Source: Octopus vulgaris | Lineage: Eukaryota | DNA: 64,000 nucleotides | Direction: 5' to 3' | Assembly: GCA_951406725.2 (NCBI GenBank) | Contig: OX597814.1 | Location: forward strand, 187,922,001 to 187,986,000 | Shown: positions 39,501-54,012 of the stretch, in pieces | Position numbering within the stretch: the first letter of the stretch is position 1 | Layout of the letters: every line of letters starts with the position of its first letter | The notes under the pieces: model-generated | Told to the model about the DNA's origin: nothing | What the model saw: only the letters and a program-made list of their open reading frames with translations | Database searches by the model: none | Translations under genes and position numbers: made by a program

Positions 39501-40061
39501 GAATTTATAATCTATTTTGCACTGATGAGCTGGCAGAAACGTTAACATGCCAGGTGAAATGCTTAGTAGTATTTCGTCTGTCGTTACATTCTGAGCTCAA
39601 ATTCCACCAAGGTTGACTTTGCCTTTCATCCTTTTGGGGTTGATAAATTAAGTGCCAGTTACACACTGGGGTCGATGGGATTGACTTAATCCCTTTGTCT
39701 GACCTTGTTTGTCCCCTTTATGTTTAGCCCCTTATGGGCAATAAAGAAATAAGAACATGAAATTGTGAAAAAGTTTTACTGATCTAAATATATGCAATGA
39801 CTAAGAGCAATTCTAAGTATGTGTATATCTGTTGGCCTAAATGTTTTGATATGATCAAAGTGATGAACATGCATTGCTTGTAACATAGGGTCAGTAAAAG
39901 GAAATTTTCAACTTTGAATTGAGTAACATTTTTGAACACAACATTTTTGCTCAAGAACACAACACACTGCTCAGTCTGGGAATCAAACTCACTACTTCAT
40001 GATTGTGAGCCCGATGCTCTAACCACTGAGCCATGCTCCTTTACGTGTGTGTGTGTGTAAT

Positions 40062-40094
<33 letters not shown>

Positions 40095-41270
40095 ATATGT
40101 ATGTGTTTATATGTGTGCATTTTATATATCTATATACATAAATATGTAATGTATATCTATATATACAAATGTGTAACTTCTGGTCATTATCCAATTTTTA
40201 TTGGAGATATTATATGTAAAGATCATTAAAACCCTTTTGTACCTGTATTTTTAACAAAGATATAGTGACTTTTTCAATTAAATTTCAAAAAGAATCTGGA
40301 ATCTAGCTTGGCTCAGTACTCCTTACATCATCATCATTTTACATCAATTTTTCTGCGCTGGCAAGAATGGATGGTCTACACCAATGCAATATCTCAGCAC
40401 TTATTGCTGTCATTTGCCACTTCTTTCATAAAATTCAGCATCCTGAGATCAGAATCCACTACTATGTTTCATGTTTTCCTTGGATTTCCTTTTCCAAGCT
40501 CTTTCCACCTGGTTCTTTACTAAATTGTTATTTTTGGCACGTAAAAAGCACCATCCGATTGGGGCCATTTGTCAGCCTTGTCTGGCACCTGTTCCGGTGG
40601 CACATAAAAAACACCCACTACACTCACGGAGTGGTTGGCGTTAGGAAGGGCATCCAGCCGTAGAAACATTGCCAGATCAGACTGGGCCTGGTGCAGCCTT
40701 CTGGCTTCCCAGACCCCAGTTGAACCGTCCAACCCATGGAAAGCAGATGCTAAATGATGATCATGATGATGATCTGTATCAAAGCAGTCATCTTCTTGCA
40801 TCATTAATTCCTCTATTTAATTTATGAGAAAACTTTGGTGGTGTGTGGAACACATCTTACACAAAGTATTGTAATAGTAAATCTAAAATTTTCGAACTGA
40901 AAAAAAAAAAAAAAATCTTCTCAGTTACTATTGACTAAAAACATACTCATTTACTAAGATTATATTTGTGTTGATGTAAATGTAAATAAAAGTCAGTGTT
41001 TCAGCTGTTCGGATGAGGTTCATAGTCTGAAGAATTATCTTATGTAGTATGATAGACTGGTCTTTTATTCTTTTACTTGTTTCAGTCATTTGACTGTGGC
41101 CATGCTGGAGCACTGCCTTTAGTCGAGCAAATCGACCCCAGGACTTATTCTTTGTAAGCCTAGTACTTATTCTATCGGTCTCTTTTTGTCGAACCGTTAA
41201 AATACGGGGACGTAAACACACCTGCATTGGTTGTCAAGCGACGTTGGGGAGGACAAACACAAACACACAA

Positions 41271-41308
<38 letters not shown>

Positions 41309-44300
41309 AGTGAAAAAATGGTATGGACGATTTGTTTTGGAGTCTAATAATACCATGTACGCCTATATATATATACATATATGCGACGGGCTTCTTTCAG
41401 TTTCCGTCTACCAAATCCACTCACAAGGCTTTGGTCGGCCCGAGGCTATAGTAGAAGACACTTGCCCAAGGTGCAACACAGTGAGACTGAACCCGGAACC
41501 ATGTGGTTGGTAAGCAAGCTACTTACCACACAGCCACTCCTACGCTTTGAGATCAAAAGGATCCATCAGTGGATGAGCTGCTATATCAAGAGAAGAAAGA
41601 ACAGTATTGATGATGCTTTTTTTACCGCCAAAAGCATTAATAGCATAAGTAAACTGAGTGTTGGTTGATAATTGAAGCTGCATTGGAAGTTTAGTGTCTA
41701 ATCAAAGGCACTTGATATATTCTATATATTTAGCATTAAATAGAGTTTTATTTAGAATGGTGAAAATGATGACACCTTATAGAGTTGTACAAAGACACAA
41801 AATAAACTACACTGTTTTCTAGTTTGGAACTGTGCTCTCTGTTCAGCCTTGAAGAGATGGGCTGTTTCTGGTGCATGTGTATATGTTGGGGCATTTTGCA
41901 TTGGCTTTCCCATCCAAGTTTTTAATGTTTGATGTGTCTGATGGTGTTACAGCAAGATGGCCTTGCAAATTTCACGGCATGATGGATAATTTGTAATAAT
42001 GTTATACAGCAATAGAGGATCCACTGGAAAATAAACTTGAATTATTTTATGTGATTCAAACTGATAAGAGCTGCACAAGCCAATGTTTTTATTTTTGTAG
42101 CTGGTTTTCCTTGACTGGATGCTGTTTCTTTAACCAACAGTAGAACCATTACCTTATCACCCGAAGAACCTTATTTTTGTTTTTTAAAGGTTGTAATGCA
42201 GTGAACTACATCTAAAGCATCCAGCATTTCCTTTCTCTATACTGATTGTTATCATTTACTTGATAAAATGCCACAGATTTTAAAGAAATTATTAGTATGA
42301 CTATTATTTAAGAAAAGAGAAGTTAAAATATGAAATGAAAATAGGTGTTAATGAAAGAAATATAAACGAGAATTCTTAAATCTGTGAAAAATTTCATACA
42401 AGAGCAAAACTTTTTCCACTAAACATTTTTTCTTAATTGGTCTCAATTTATACATATGAATTTGATGTTGAAGCAATGGCTTTTACAATTGGATGAAATA
42501 AGTATTACAGTTATTGTGGAAGTGATATGTAGTTACTTGAGCTAGCTAGAGTAATGTACCTTGTTGATACAAAAGATGCATAACCTGGATTATTGCTGGT
42601 TGACCTGGCATATCAGTTTCTTATAAATATTACTTTTCAATCATTGTATTATTAATAATGAAGTATTAACATGAGAGGCTTTCTGAAAAGATTTATAGTA
42701 TTTGAAAGACCTATTCAACTTTAACTAATTTGGAAATGCTGATTTTAAATGAATTAAGCTTATTCAGTTTTTTTCCTCTCTACAACTTTTTATGTTGTAC
42801 TGTCTTATAACAAAGAGATCGTTTTCTTTTCTCACAACTCCAAGATGAAATATTTAGAATAATACTTTATTTTTACAATACTTTGAAACCTATAGAGGCT
42901 TATTAATGTTGAAAAGGTGTTTCACTTGCCTACATGGAAAAAGATCTGTTGGACTGTTCCTGCTAGCTTTGTTTGAGCAAATCTATTATCTAAAAGAAGA
43001 CTTAGAGACCATATACAAACTCATGATTCTAGATGTTTATTTGGGTTTTGTTGTGTCTGGGGAGAGTAATTTTCTTTTTGTGCCTTATAATGTAAGACAC
43101 TCACTGGTAAAATTTCCATTTATTTCTTATTTTTATTTTCCTAAAATTTTCGTTGTGTCTTGCAAACTTTTCAATAGTCTTTTAGGAAAATAAAAGTAAG
43201 AAATAAGTGGAAATTTTACTGGTGAGTGTGTTACATTATAAGGCACAAAAAGAAAATTACTCTGCCCAGACACAACAGATATGCTTCAACATACAAACTC
43301 ATATAAAGAATCTTGCAAACCAAATCTAAAAACGAAATATTTGGGTTTTATTATTCTAATATTATTCTAATAAATTAGATATGCAGAACAGCTTTTTATA
43401 TAATGGTCTTTAACTAAGAGGAATTTTATATAAGACATTTAGTTTGGATGATAGAATGCTAGAAAAAATATGCTTTGTATCTCCATGGGAATAGTCTCAT
43501 GCATTTATAAATAAAATATGATTGACCATAAATAGTGGGTTACTCAGAGGAAAAAGTGTAATAGAGATTCCTTGTTGCGTGTGATGTGGATAAATTGCTT
43601 TCAATTTTGATGTATCAAATTAAATCCATCAAGAGACAGATTTACAAGAATGAAAAAATATTTTGGCTGAAAGGAAGGATACAATTTGGACGTTATTCAT
43701 ACTTCAAATTTTTACAAAAGATATCATTATAAAAAGCTAGCTTAAGTGTTCCACATTCTCTGGTTTGATGCCACACTGTTTAATTTAAGATCATGTCAGA
43801 GTCAATTCCAAGGTTAATAAAATGTCCCAATAATGTACAGTACTGTTCAGTATGTCCTATTATCATTATGATATACTTATTCCCAATACAATAGCAAGAA
43901 AGATAAGTTCTTTGTGAATTGAATTGCCTCATTTTGATTTTAGTATTTTAGTCAGGAATTGGACTATTTATGTCAGTAATGCAAATCTTAATTACTAATA
44001 TGCCCCTCACCCAGTAATTTGAGACTGCATGTTGTTATTGTTATTGTCATTTGATATGATAAGGAAGGAATGGATTTCTTATGAAGTATTTTTTTCTTTT
44101 GTAGCCTATCATTGCACCAACACGTTACAGAAATAATCGCCAGCGCACAATATCTGAAAGCAGCAATGTCAGTAATGGCAGTGCCAATAGTGTCAAAATG
44201 GCATCACCAAAGAAAACAAATAATGTTCCCAAACCCAAACCTGTAACTGTAAGTAAAACAGAAAAATTCCTGTCCTATTTGATAAGGTAGTTTATTATGG

Positions 44301-47300
44301 GATACAAATTTATGTAGGTTTTAAATTGTTTTATATTTCACCATATTCACTTGGATTATTATGTAAATGCAAGAACTTATCTGTTCACTTTGTATGTTTG
44401 AGGTCAGGTGGAATAGGAGATCCTTAACTTATAAACAGGTAGGGAATAACATCAGGAAGGGCATCCAGCTATGAAAAAAAACAATGCCCCAGTAACATAT
44501 TTGCGTAAGCCATGCTAACATAGAAAAACAATTGTAGTCCCGTGTCGGTGGCACGTAAAAAGTACCCACTACCCTCTCGGAGTGGTTGGCGTTAGGAAGG
44601 GCATCCAGCTGTAGAAACTCCGCTAGATCAAGATTGGAGCCTGATGCAGCCATCTGGTTTGCCAGCCCTCAGTCAAAATCGTCCAACAGATGCTAGCATG
44701 GAAAGCGGACGTTAAACGATGATGATGATGATCTACTGAACAAAGTATGTATTTGGGTGAACTTTTAGAACAAGTTCTTTTTAGCTAGATGTCCTTTCCA
44801 TTGATAACCATTCAATGATTTGTCCCCCCCCCCCACCATGCTAACATGGAACACGGACATTAAATGATGATGATGATAATTATAATTTTTGCATACAACT
44901 TCAATAAAAGCTTTATGGTGAAATTTGTATTTAGCATTATAAACATTTACTGTAACTCTGTCATTATTTATATGTTTGACTGGAGGTTATGTAGAAAGCT
45001 CTTTTAGTAGGTGTAGATGGCAAATAGAAGCTTTCAAAATCTAGAGTGAAAGGTATTACAGTTTTGGGGTTAAAGATACATACAAAAGACTGTAAAATGA
45101 AGATGTCATCATCATCATCATCATTATCATTGTTTAACGTCTGCTTTCCATGCTAGCATGGGTTGGATGATTTGACTGAGGACTGGCGAACTAGATGGCT
45201 GCACCAGGCTCCAATCTTGATCTAGCAGAGTTTCTACAGCTGGATGCCCTTCCTAACGCCAACCACTCTGAGAGTGTAGAGTATGCTTTTACGTGCCACC
45301 GGCACAGGGGCCAGTCAGGCAGTTCTGGCAACGACCTCGCTCGAATCTTTTTACACATGCCATCGGCACAGGTGCCAGTAAGGCGATGCTGGTAATGATC
45401 ACACTTGAATGGTGCCTTTTACGTGCCACCGGCACGGAAGCCAGTTAGCTGCTCTGGCAATGATCACACTCGGATGGTGCTCTTAGCACCCTACTAGCAT
45501 GGGGCCACTGCTGTAAATTATCAATTCTGTAGTAAGTCAGAAGTAGTTGCCCAAAGATGCCAGAAATCTAATAAATATTTTAAAATAATTTTATTTAATT
45601 TTTCAAAGAAAAAGAAACAAAATAAAATAAATATTAAAATTATCCTTCACATCCAATGATAAATATATTTTGACTATTTATAGTAAGCTCTTTGCTTTAC
45701 CAAATATATTTCCTATTCTAGTATTCCAACAGGGTTCTAGTTGTTATTGCAATCTTTATTATGGACAATACTTTTTCCAGCATTAAGGATTAAAACTTCA
45801 ATCTCCATTTATAACAGTACTATTAACAATAACGATACCTTGAAATCTCATTACTTCAGGGAGAGACCAAGGGTTGGTGGAATAGTTTGAATATATTCAG
45901 TCAACTTGGAAGGCAGAAGAAGAATGAAATGATACTTCCTGAAGATAAAAATCCTGCTGTAAGTTGCATTAATTATTTATCCTTAGACAGTTTTAAAATT
46001 ATGTTACAATTTTTTCTCTGGCATGTAGCTGAAGCCAATTAAAGATAACTAATTTTTAATGTCTCTTCATCAAATTAGCTAAGTATTTGAATATTTATCA
46101 AGTCCAAGGTGGTGAGCTGGCAGAATTGTTAGCATGCTGGGCAAAATGCTTAGCAGTATTTTGTCCTTCATTAAGTTCTGAGTTCAAATTCTGCCAAGGT
46201 TGATGCTACCTTTCATCCTTTCAGGGTTGATAAAATTGATGTAATCAAATTAACCCCTCCTCTGAAATTGATGGTCTTGTGCCAACATTTAAAACCAATA
46301 TTGATCAAGTCCTGTTTTGATTTGGTTGTTTTCATCACAACAGAATAAAAATGAAATCAAAAGAAATTTTAAGGCCTTTATATATGAATAATTTAACTTT
46401 GTGTTCTCTCTCTCTCTTTCGGAGAGGCACAAGCACCTACACGCACATGTACACACACGGCAGTAACTTCCACCTACCGAATTCAATCACAAAGCTCCGG
46501 TCAGCTCAGGGCTATAGTGAAAGACACCTACCCAAAGTGCCACGCAGTGGGACTGAACCCGAAACCATATAGCTAGGAAGCAAGCTCCCTAACCACACAG
46601 CCATGCCCGATACAATGATTTGTATACTCCCACCTCTAGAAACCTGATAATTTAAGAGTTGTACTAACAGTTATGATATTAAAATATGACAAGAGTTGTT
46701 AGATTATTTTTTTTAATTAATTTTTTTAATTAATAAAACTTTGCTCTTATTTCATTTTTCCAAAAAGGCCGAAGTTTTTTTTTCTGTTGAGATTGAATTT
46801 GATGGGTGCATGAAGAAAACAAGGGATAAAGTGCTTAAAACTACTTTATTAGTATATAAAACTATATATTATATAGTTTGATATTATATCTGCTGAAAAA
46901 CAATCACGGATAGACTGTTACACTTCAAAACATGTGTTTCCTTGGACCAATGGATTGACTTCAAAGTCCTTTCAGCTTTTATCATTTGTACTGATCAATT
47001 GGGTGTTGCAAGAGGGTTAAATGTAATCTTTCAGTTGTCAAAGCTGATTAATTTGGTAACCAATTTATTAACAATTTTTCATAGATTGTTGAAGAGGGAA
47101 CTGAAGATGTATTCATGTTAATTTTTTTTTTTTAACTCTTGTTTATTTATCAGATTGTGTGGGATGCTGAAAGAAAGAAATGGATCAATACAGGAGAGGA
47201 AGAAGAACCAGAAGCTGAGGCTGCTCCACCGCCTAAAGATACAGATCTAAATAGAAAACGTAAGATTAGATTCCTGATATCTTTATTACAATACTGATAT

Positions 47301-48232
47301 GATAAACTAGATGTTGACTCACCCCATTCATAGAATTTTTAAGATTTATAATTTCAGCATCCTAAATGTTTAATTTCTCTCTACCCCAACCTTCAAAAGT
47401 AAAACCAAGCCCTAAAAAAATACAATTGTTAGATTATACATGTAGGACTAGAATGGAGATAGTAAGCAATAATTGAAGGTACTTGGAATGTACAAGTGAA
47501 TATATAATTCAACATTTAAAAGTTCATACATTAAATTAAGAAATTATTTATTGAAATCGAAATCAAATTCGATGACTGGCATCTGTGCTAATGGAGCGCT
47601 AAGCGTACCATATGAGCGTGATTGTTGCCAGAGCAACAAGCTGGCCGCCGTGCCGATGGCACGTAAAAAAAGCACCATTCAAGTGTGATCATTACCTATG
47701 TCTCCTTACTGGCACTTGTGCTGGTTTCACGTGAAAAAACATTCGAACGAGGTCATGGCCAGTGCCGCTGGACTGGCTCCTGTGCAGGTGGCACATAAAA
47801 AGCACCATTTGAGCGTGGCCGCTGCCAGTACCGCCTAACTGGCCCTTGTGCCAGTGGCGTGTAAAAGCACCCATTACACTCAGAGTGGTTGGCGTTAGGA
47901 AGGGAATCCAGCCTTAGAAACTCTGCCAGATCAGATTGGAGTCTGGTGTAGCCATCTGGTTCGCCAGACCTCAGTCAAATCGTCCAATCCATGCTAGCGT
48001 GGAAAACGGACGTTAAACGACAATGATGATGATTTATATAATGCAGTTGTCTAGGTGCAGGCATACCCATATGCAGGTGTGGCTCTGTAGTCAAGGAGCT
48101 TGCTTTTCAGCCATGTAGTTTTGGGTTCCACTGTGTGACACTTTGGGCATGTATTTTCTTCTATAGCCCCAGGCTCTCCAAAGCTTTTGTGGATGCATTT
48201 GATAGATGGAAACTGAAAGATGCCCATCATAT

Positions 48233-48278
<46 letters not shown>

Positions 48279-51200
48279 TATAGACAGACATGCACCCACA
48301 GGCATGCATATATGCATTTTTGATGTCGGTTGTTTCACTTCAATCCTATCCTTATTAAGTAAACTTAAGGAAGTAAACATAACATATAAAAGTATATTAT
48401 CCAATATTAAAGATTTGGTTGCTATTTCTAGCAAGTGGAGCCATTGCATAGAAGCCTCTATGCTGACGTGTGTGTGCAGTTTTGAGATTGGAAAGTACAT
48501 TTCTGTTGAATTAATTCACTTCACCTCTTTTTTATAACCTGAAGTTTTTACTCTAGCCAGTAACTTGATGAGGGTTAGACCATGTCATGAGGATTTATTA
48601 TTAATTAGCTATATGAAGACAAAATACTTATTTTGATCTGAAGGACCATTAAAATTTGCTGGGCAATTATAATATAAAAAAACATTATCTCCCTTAGAAT
48701 ATATTTTACAAAGTTGTCTCCCTTAAACAACTAGCTTGCTTTCACACCCGACTTATTTAATAAATGAGTAACAGCAACGACGACACAACGATAATTTCTT
48801 TATTAACAACAAAGGTTCACAGAAAAGAAGGACAGTATTAAAGACAATATATAACCATAGTGGGTTGTATTATGAAGGGCATGTGAAAAAAAAAGGAGAA
48901 AAAAATATAAGTAAAAATTCCAACAAGGAGGCCCTGTAGAAAGATAAGGAAAATCTCACAGAACCTATATCGCTCTGATCCATGAATGTAAGCACCCGCT
49001 TTTAGTTGTCATTTTCCTGCCTACAGATGTATGCTCAGAGCTAACCTGTTCATTTGGGCTTTGTTCATTACTCTCATCTACCTTACAAATTTACTGGCGG
49101 GCAGTATTTTCTGCTCCACCCATACCTTACTTTCCAAATGGCATTTGGGAAAGTTAATGAAGGTTTGGCCAAAGAGGAACATATCCATTTTTAGTCTTCG
49201 AATCTTGTTCTCCACACTGTCTCTTTTGTCAAAGCCACCAGATGGATAAACTCAGCCAAATAGCTGGATCTGTTCTGCACAGAATAGCAGTTGTTTGATG
49301 AAACTTCACAAGCCAGTGATGTATGAATACCATAAGAATGTTTGCAGAATGGTTTTGTCTCCATATGTTTCTTAAGTCTGACTGACAGCACTTCTACACT
49401 GCTAGAGTTTATCTCAAACTAGCAAAACCCTCTCCACCATAGAACAACCACCTGGGGGACTTCTGGTCCTAGATTGAAAGTTCTCTCAAACATGCTTTCA
49501 GTTGATTCTTGACACTTGGAGTTTCTCTGAGAACATTGTCATTCTTTTCCACCTCTAATCCCTTATAGCATGCTAAACATGGAATCACCATTTACTGCAT
49601 TTCTTGACTGAAAGAGGGCTGTAAGTGTTTGACAACAGCCTATATACCAAGTGTCCAGTATAGGTTTTTGCTTGATCCAGGACTGCAACACTGCTAAAGA
49701 AACAAGTAGTAGTATCAGTACATGTGTGTACATTATTAGTCACAGCATATCCCGTTATCCATGCAGCGGATGCTGTCAGCAGATGGACTGTCCAACCAGT
49801 GAAATGCATTCTCTTCACAAGAAGAAAAAGAATGGATGCTCTAATCTAGTAAGATGAGAACTGCAGCAAAGCATGACAGTCAGGCATTAATGTAATTACA
49901 GTGTCAGTATAGGCATTCAAAGGTTCAAAGCTTTATGTTAGGAGTTATTTTGGGGCTGGGTACAGTCAGTGAAATGAAAACCAGTACTTAACTGGTATTT
50001 ATTTCCTTGATCCCTAAAGGAGGAAAAATAAAATCAGCCCCTGTAGGGTCTGAACTAAGAACAGAAAGCAACATACCTAAATACTGCTAAGCTGTCTCTC
50101 TATTCTAATTGCTCTTCCATTCTGGTCATTCACTGCTTCCTGATAAGGGTTCTCTACATGGTCATGCAACCTTTTAGAAATAGCAACCTAATCTTTTTCC
50201 AACCACACCTTGACTGATTTAAAAAAAGGAAGGACACATTGAGCAATGTAAATGTAACAACTGGTTAAAGTAGAAATAGAACAGATGGCCACTGTTAGAA
50301 TACCTTTGATCAAAGGTCTGTTTGACCAGAGTTGACCTGGGACTAAACAACAAGAAGCATAAATTATGTAATTACGATGCTAATGTGGTATAATTGATTT
50401 GGATGAAAGAAATACATAATCCATGTAATAATTCACATAATAAGAAACACTGGAAACAAACGAAAATGAATAAGTAGTTTATTTGGAGAAACAAATGGAA
50501 GTAGTGATGTAATGAAGTAATAGTCATGATTAGTTAGCATTTACCCTTATTTTAACATACTTCTGTTGAAATACACTGCTTTTGTTTCAGTTAATTTTGA
50601 AAATGATAAAGAATTTAGTAAAATTACTTGTTTTTAAGCTGGTGTAAAGACCCCTTTCGGTCATGAATGACCATGGGATTGCACCTGGAAGAACACCTTT
50701 CATTTTGAAACCAAAGATAGTTGTTTTTCTTCTGGCACTGACTTAAGCTGCTCGCAGTTAGATCTCCCTTGTTATTTGGTTTGGGTTTAAAAGTTCAAAG
50801 TGGACTAAACCTTTCATATCCCACCAAACAGATAACAACTTACGTGGGTGAAGACCTTCTTTAGCCTGGGATGCTGGTGTTTCTCCTTTCCCTACCCACT
50901 GTCTTCAGTGCTCGGCATTTTTATAGAGACCCTATTTCTTGTCACCAGTCAGTCCAAAAAGGTTCATTCGTGAGACGTGGCAGCTAAGAAGAGCACACAT
51001 TCATGCTCTATGTGCAATTAGACTCGGATAGTTTATGAGGAACCCATTGACCCAATTTGCTAACTTTTCTGATGGTACACAGGTGTGATGAATGGTTGAA
51101 TGACCAAATCCAAAGTTCTCTGCTAGTTCCTCAACAGTTATGATGGGGTTTTGTTCCACGAGGTTTTGCAGGATGTCCTTGTGGAGCTCTACAGATCTTT

Positions 51201-53477
51201 CAGGATGAGGCTCGTCTTCTAGGCTGTAGTTTCTGGCTTGGAATTTCTGGTACCATTGATACTGGCTTTACGCTTGTTGTCTGATCCCCATATACTGCAT
51301 TAATATTCCTTGCACTTTCTGTTGCACTGTTGCCTTTATTGAACTCATAAAGCAAAATATGCTCCTTTGCCACTTCCATTATATCTTTGAAAAAATATGT
51401 ATTAAAGTCGAACTTCAGTTTTCAAAACTTGTACTAAGAATAAGTACAAGGTAAAATTAGTACCTGCTTTTATAGTAAGTTGATGCAGCTAGTTTATCCT
51501 GTCCTTCTCCAACTTTTAGTTCATGCACCTGAAAAAACTGCATTATTTATGTGATGACCCAATATAAATATTTTTTATCTAATTTTTGTAGAGACCTGTT
51601 TACTGTTTCTTTTTAGAATTTTCATTTTTATTGTGGGATATGTATTTTTGATCTAGATTGATCATACCACCTTAAAATTATGATTGCACAGTACTTGTTC
51701 TTGAATTCCAAGTCAAACTTGTTCTGATAGACTTATGCTCAAAACCATTTCAGCCATGTCTATCTGTATTTTGTAGGAGTATTTAGAACTATATCATCTG
51801 ATATGTTTTCCTCTTTTCTATGATGGTTGGGTGTGGTTTGAAAGAGGTCTGGCTGCTATTTCAGTAAATCAAGTTAGCATTGTAGAGTCTCCCTTGCTGT
51901 TTTGCAATTATAACCTATCAGATTTGAAAATAGCCGACAAAAATCTGTTGTAATTTTTGGATGGGTTTTACCATCATTTGAGGGAAGTCATAAGTACCAC
52001 TTAGAAAGGTCATAAAGTAGTGCTCCAATTAACTAAACAAACAAATCAATGTGAAATAGCTATGGAGAGCTATTTATGCTGAATATATCATTCCATTATC
52101 TAATTCTTTTTATACCAGCAGAAAGTTTATATAGGACTCTAGTGTGGAGTAAAAAGGAGAAATTGAAAAAAATGCATCTTCAGAAAAGATCTGCAGTAAA
52201 TATATCTTCTATAGGATTATGGCAAATCTGCAATTGATGTTGTTAATACATACTATTTCAAATCAAATAAATTATGATACCAAGACAGCCAGAGATGTAT
52301 GTGCCCATTTCTTTATTTGAAAATAAAACAAAGGAGCTACTTTACATTAAATCATCAACTGGACTAGGTATTAGAAAATTTTATACTGAAGTTTCAGTAT
52401 TGTAATTATTTTATATGGATATATCTTTCTGTGATCACACAGTGGGTGTGTACCTACCTAAACACCTTTCTTTCTCTCTCTCTCATAATTCCCCTCTTTC
52501 TTGTTTTCCAGCATCTATTCCTCAAGCAGGTCCTCCACCGCCTACTGGGAATAAGTTTTCCTTATCCAGGGCTCGAGGTAAGTACTTTCCCTTCCACTAA
52601 CAATCTTTATCAGATTCGCTGTTACAATTGACAATCCTCTGCTTCATTCAAGTTAATAGCTTCTTACATTTGATTTCCTTTTAATAAATTAAACTAGTCA
52701 TTTACTCATCTAAACTCTAAGTACAGATTCTGGAAAGCTTTTACTCTCAATGTCTGGACAGTGTGATAAAATTAACCACCAGCTAACTGCTGCATAGATG
52801 AGTTACTGAAATGACCCAGTATTACATTGTCACCCTTGTATACGGAAATATAATATTGTATTAGCTTGTCATAAGGTTTCACTATTTGCAGAACTTTAAA
52901 AATATATCATAGTCGAACAGCTTTCTTCTTTGTATCAAATTTCTATCTGTAATGAACAAATACAGGTGCAGGCATGGCTGTGTGGTAAGAAGTTCACTTC
53001 CCAACCACATGGTTCCGGGTTAGTCCCACTGCATGCCACCTCAAACAAGTGTCTTCTACTATAGCTTTGGGCTGACCAAAGTTTTGTGAGTGGATCTGGT
53101 AGGCAGAAACTAAAAGAAGCCTGTTGTCATCATCATCATCATCGTTTAACGTCCGTTTTCCATGCTGGCATGGGTTGGACGGTTTGACTGAGGACTGGCG
53201 AGCCATTGGGCTGCACCAGGCTCCAATCTTGATCTGGCAGAGTTTCTACAGCTGGATGCCCTTCCTAACGCCAACCACTCCGAGAGTGTAGTGGGTGCTT
53301 TTACGTGCCACCAGCACGAGGGCCAGTCAGGCTGTTCTGGTGAAAGCCATGCTCAAATGGTGTTTTTTATGTGCCACCTGCACAGGAGCCAGTCCAGCGG
53401 CCTCGCTCAAATGTTGTTTTTCACGTGCCAGTAAGACAATGCTGGTAACGATCACACTTGAATAGTGTTTTTATGTG

Positions 53478-53521
<44 letters not shown>

Positions 53522-54012
53522 ACTCTTGCATCGAAGACGATGTATCAGTCTTCATCTTGCCAAACAACCTGCACAAATGATTTGTTTATAGTGATCAAAT
53601 GTTTGTGCAGCACATTAGCTCACTCTCTCCATCAAATCAACATTGTCTGAACAGGTGCACTGTGTACCATGTGATCACAGAGCAACGTGAGATGAAGTGT
53701 TTTGCTCAAGAACACAAAGCACCACCCGACCTACGCATTGAAACCATGATCTTGAGATTGTGAGTGCAACATCCTAACCACTAGACCATGTGCCCTCATA
53801 TATATATATATATAGAGATGCAGCACGGAATTTTGTCAGTGAACAGGTCGCGGTCTCAAAGCGATGAAAATATTTTGACAAATTAAATTTAAATGTTGAA
53901 GTGAATCTAACGGATTTTGTGTTTCTTAAATGGCTTATAAACACCTTCCATGCTGCAATTGTATTCGTTCCAGCACACGATCTCAGATCAGGTCACTTGC
54001 TATGCAAGTACA

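Noticed and set aside
39519-39550. ctgatga gc tg gc a gaaac gtt resembles a compact hammerhead
   Set aside because: It is the mutated head of a family D SINE (ggcggtgagctggcagaa.cgttagc); there is no stem I complement and no real stem II.
46925-46980. Minus-strand ctgaaa-ggac...gtcc-aag-gaaac-acat-gtt
   Set aside because: Broken core and no convincing stem I.
47640-47880. Regularly spaced tggcacgtaaaa.gcacc repeats resembling a CRISPR array
   Set aside because: Eukaryotic context, spacers are related to each other and identical across dispersed copies, and no cas genes; these are internal repeats of family A.
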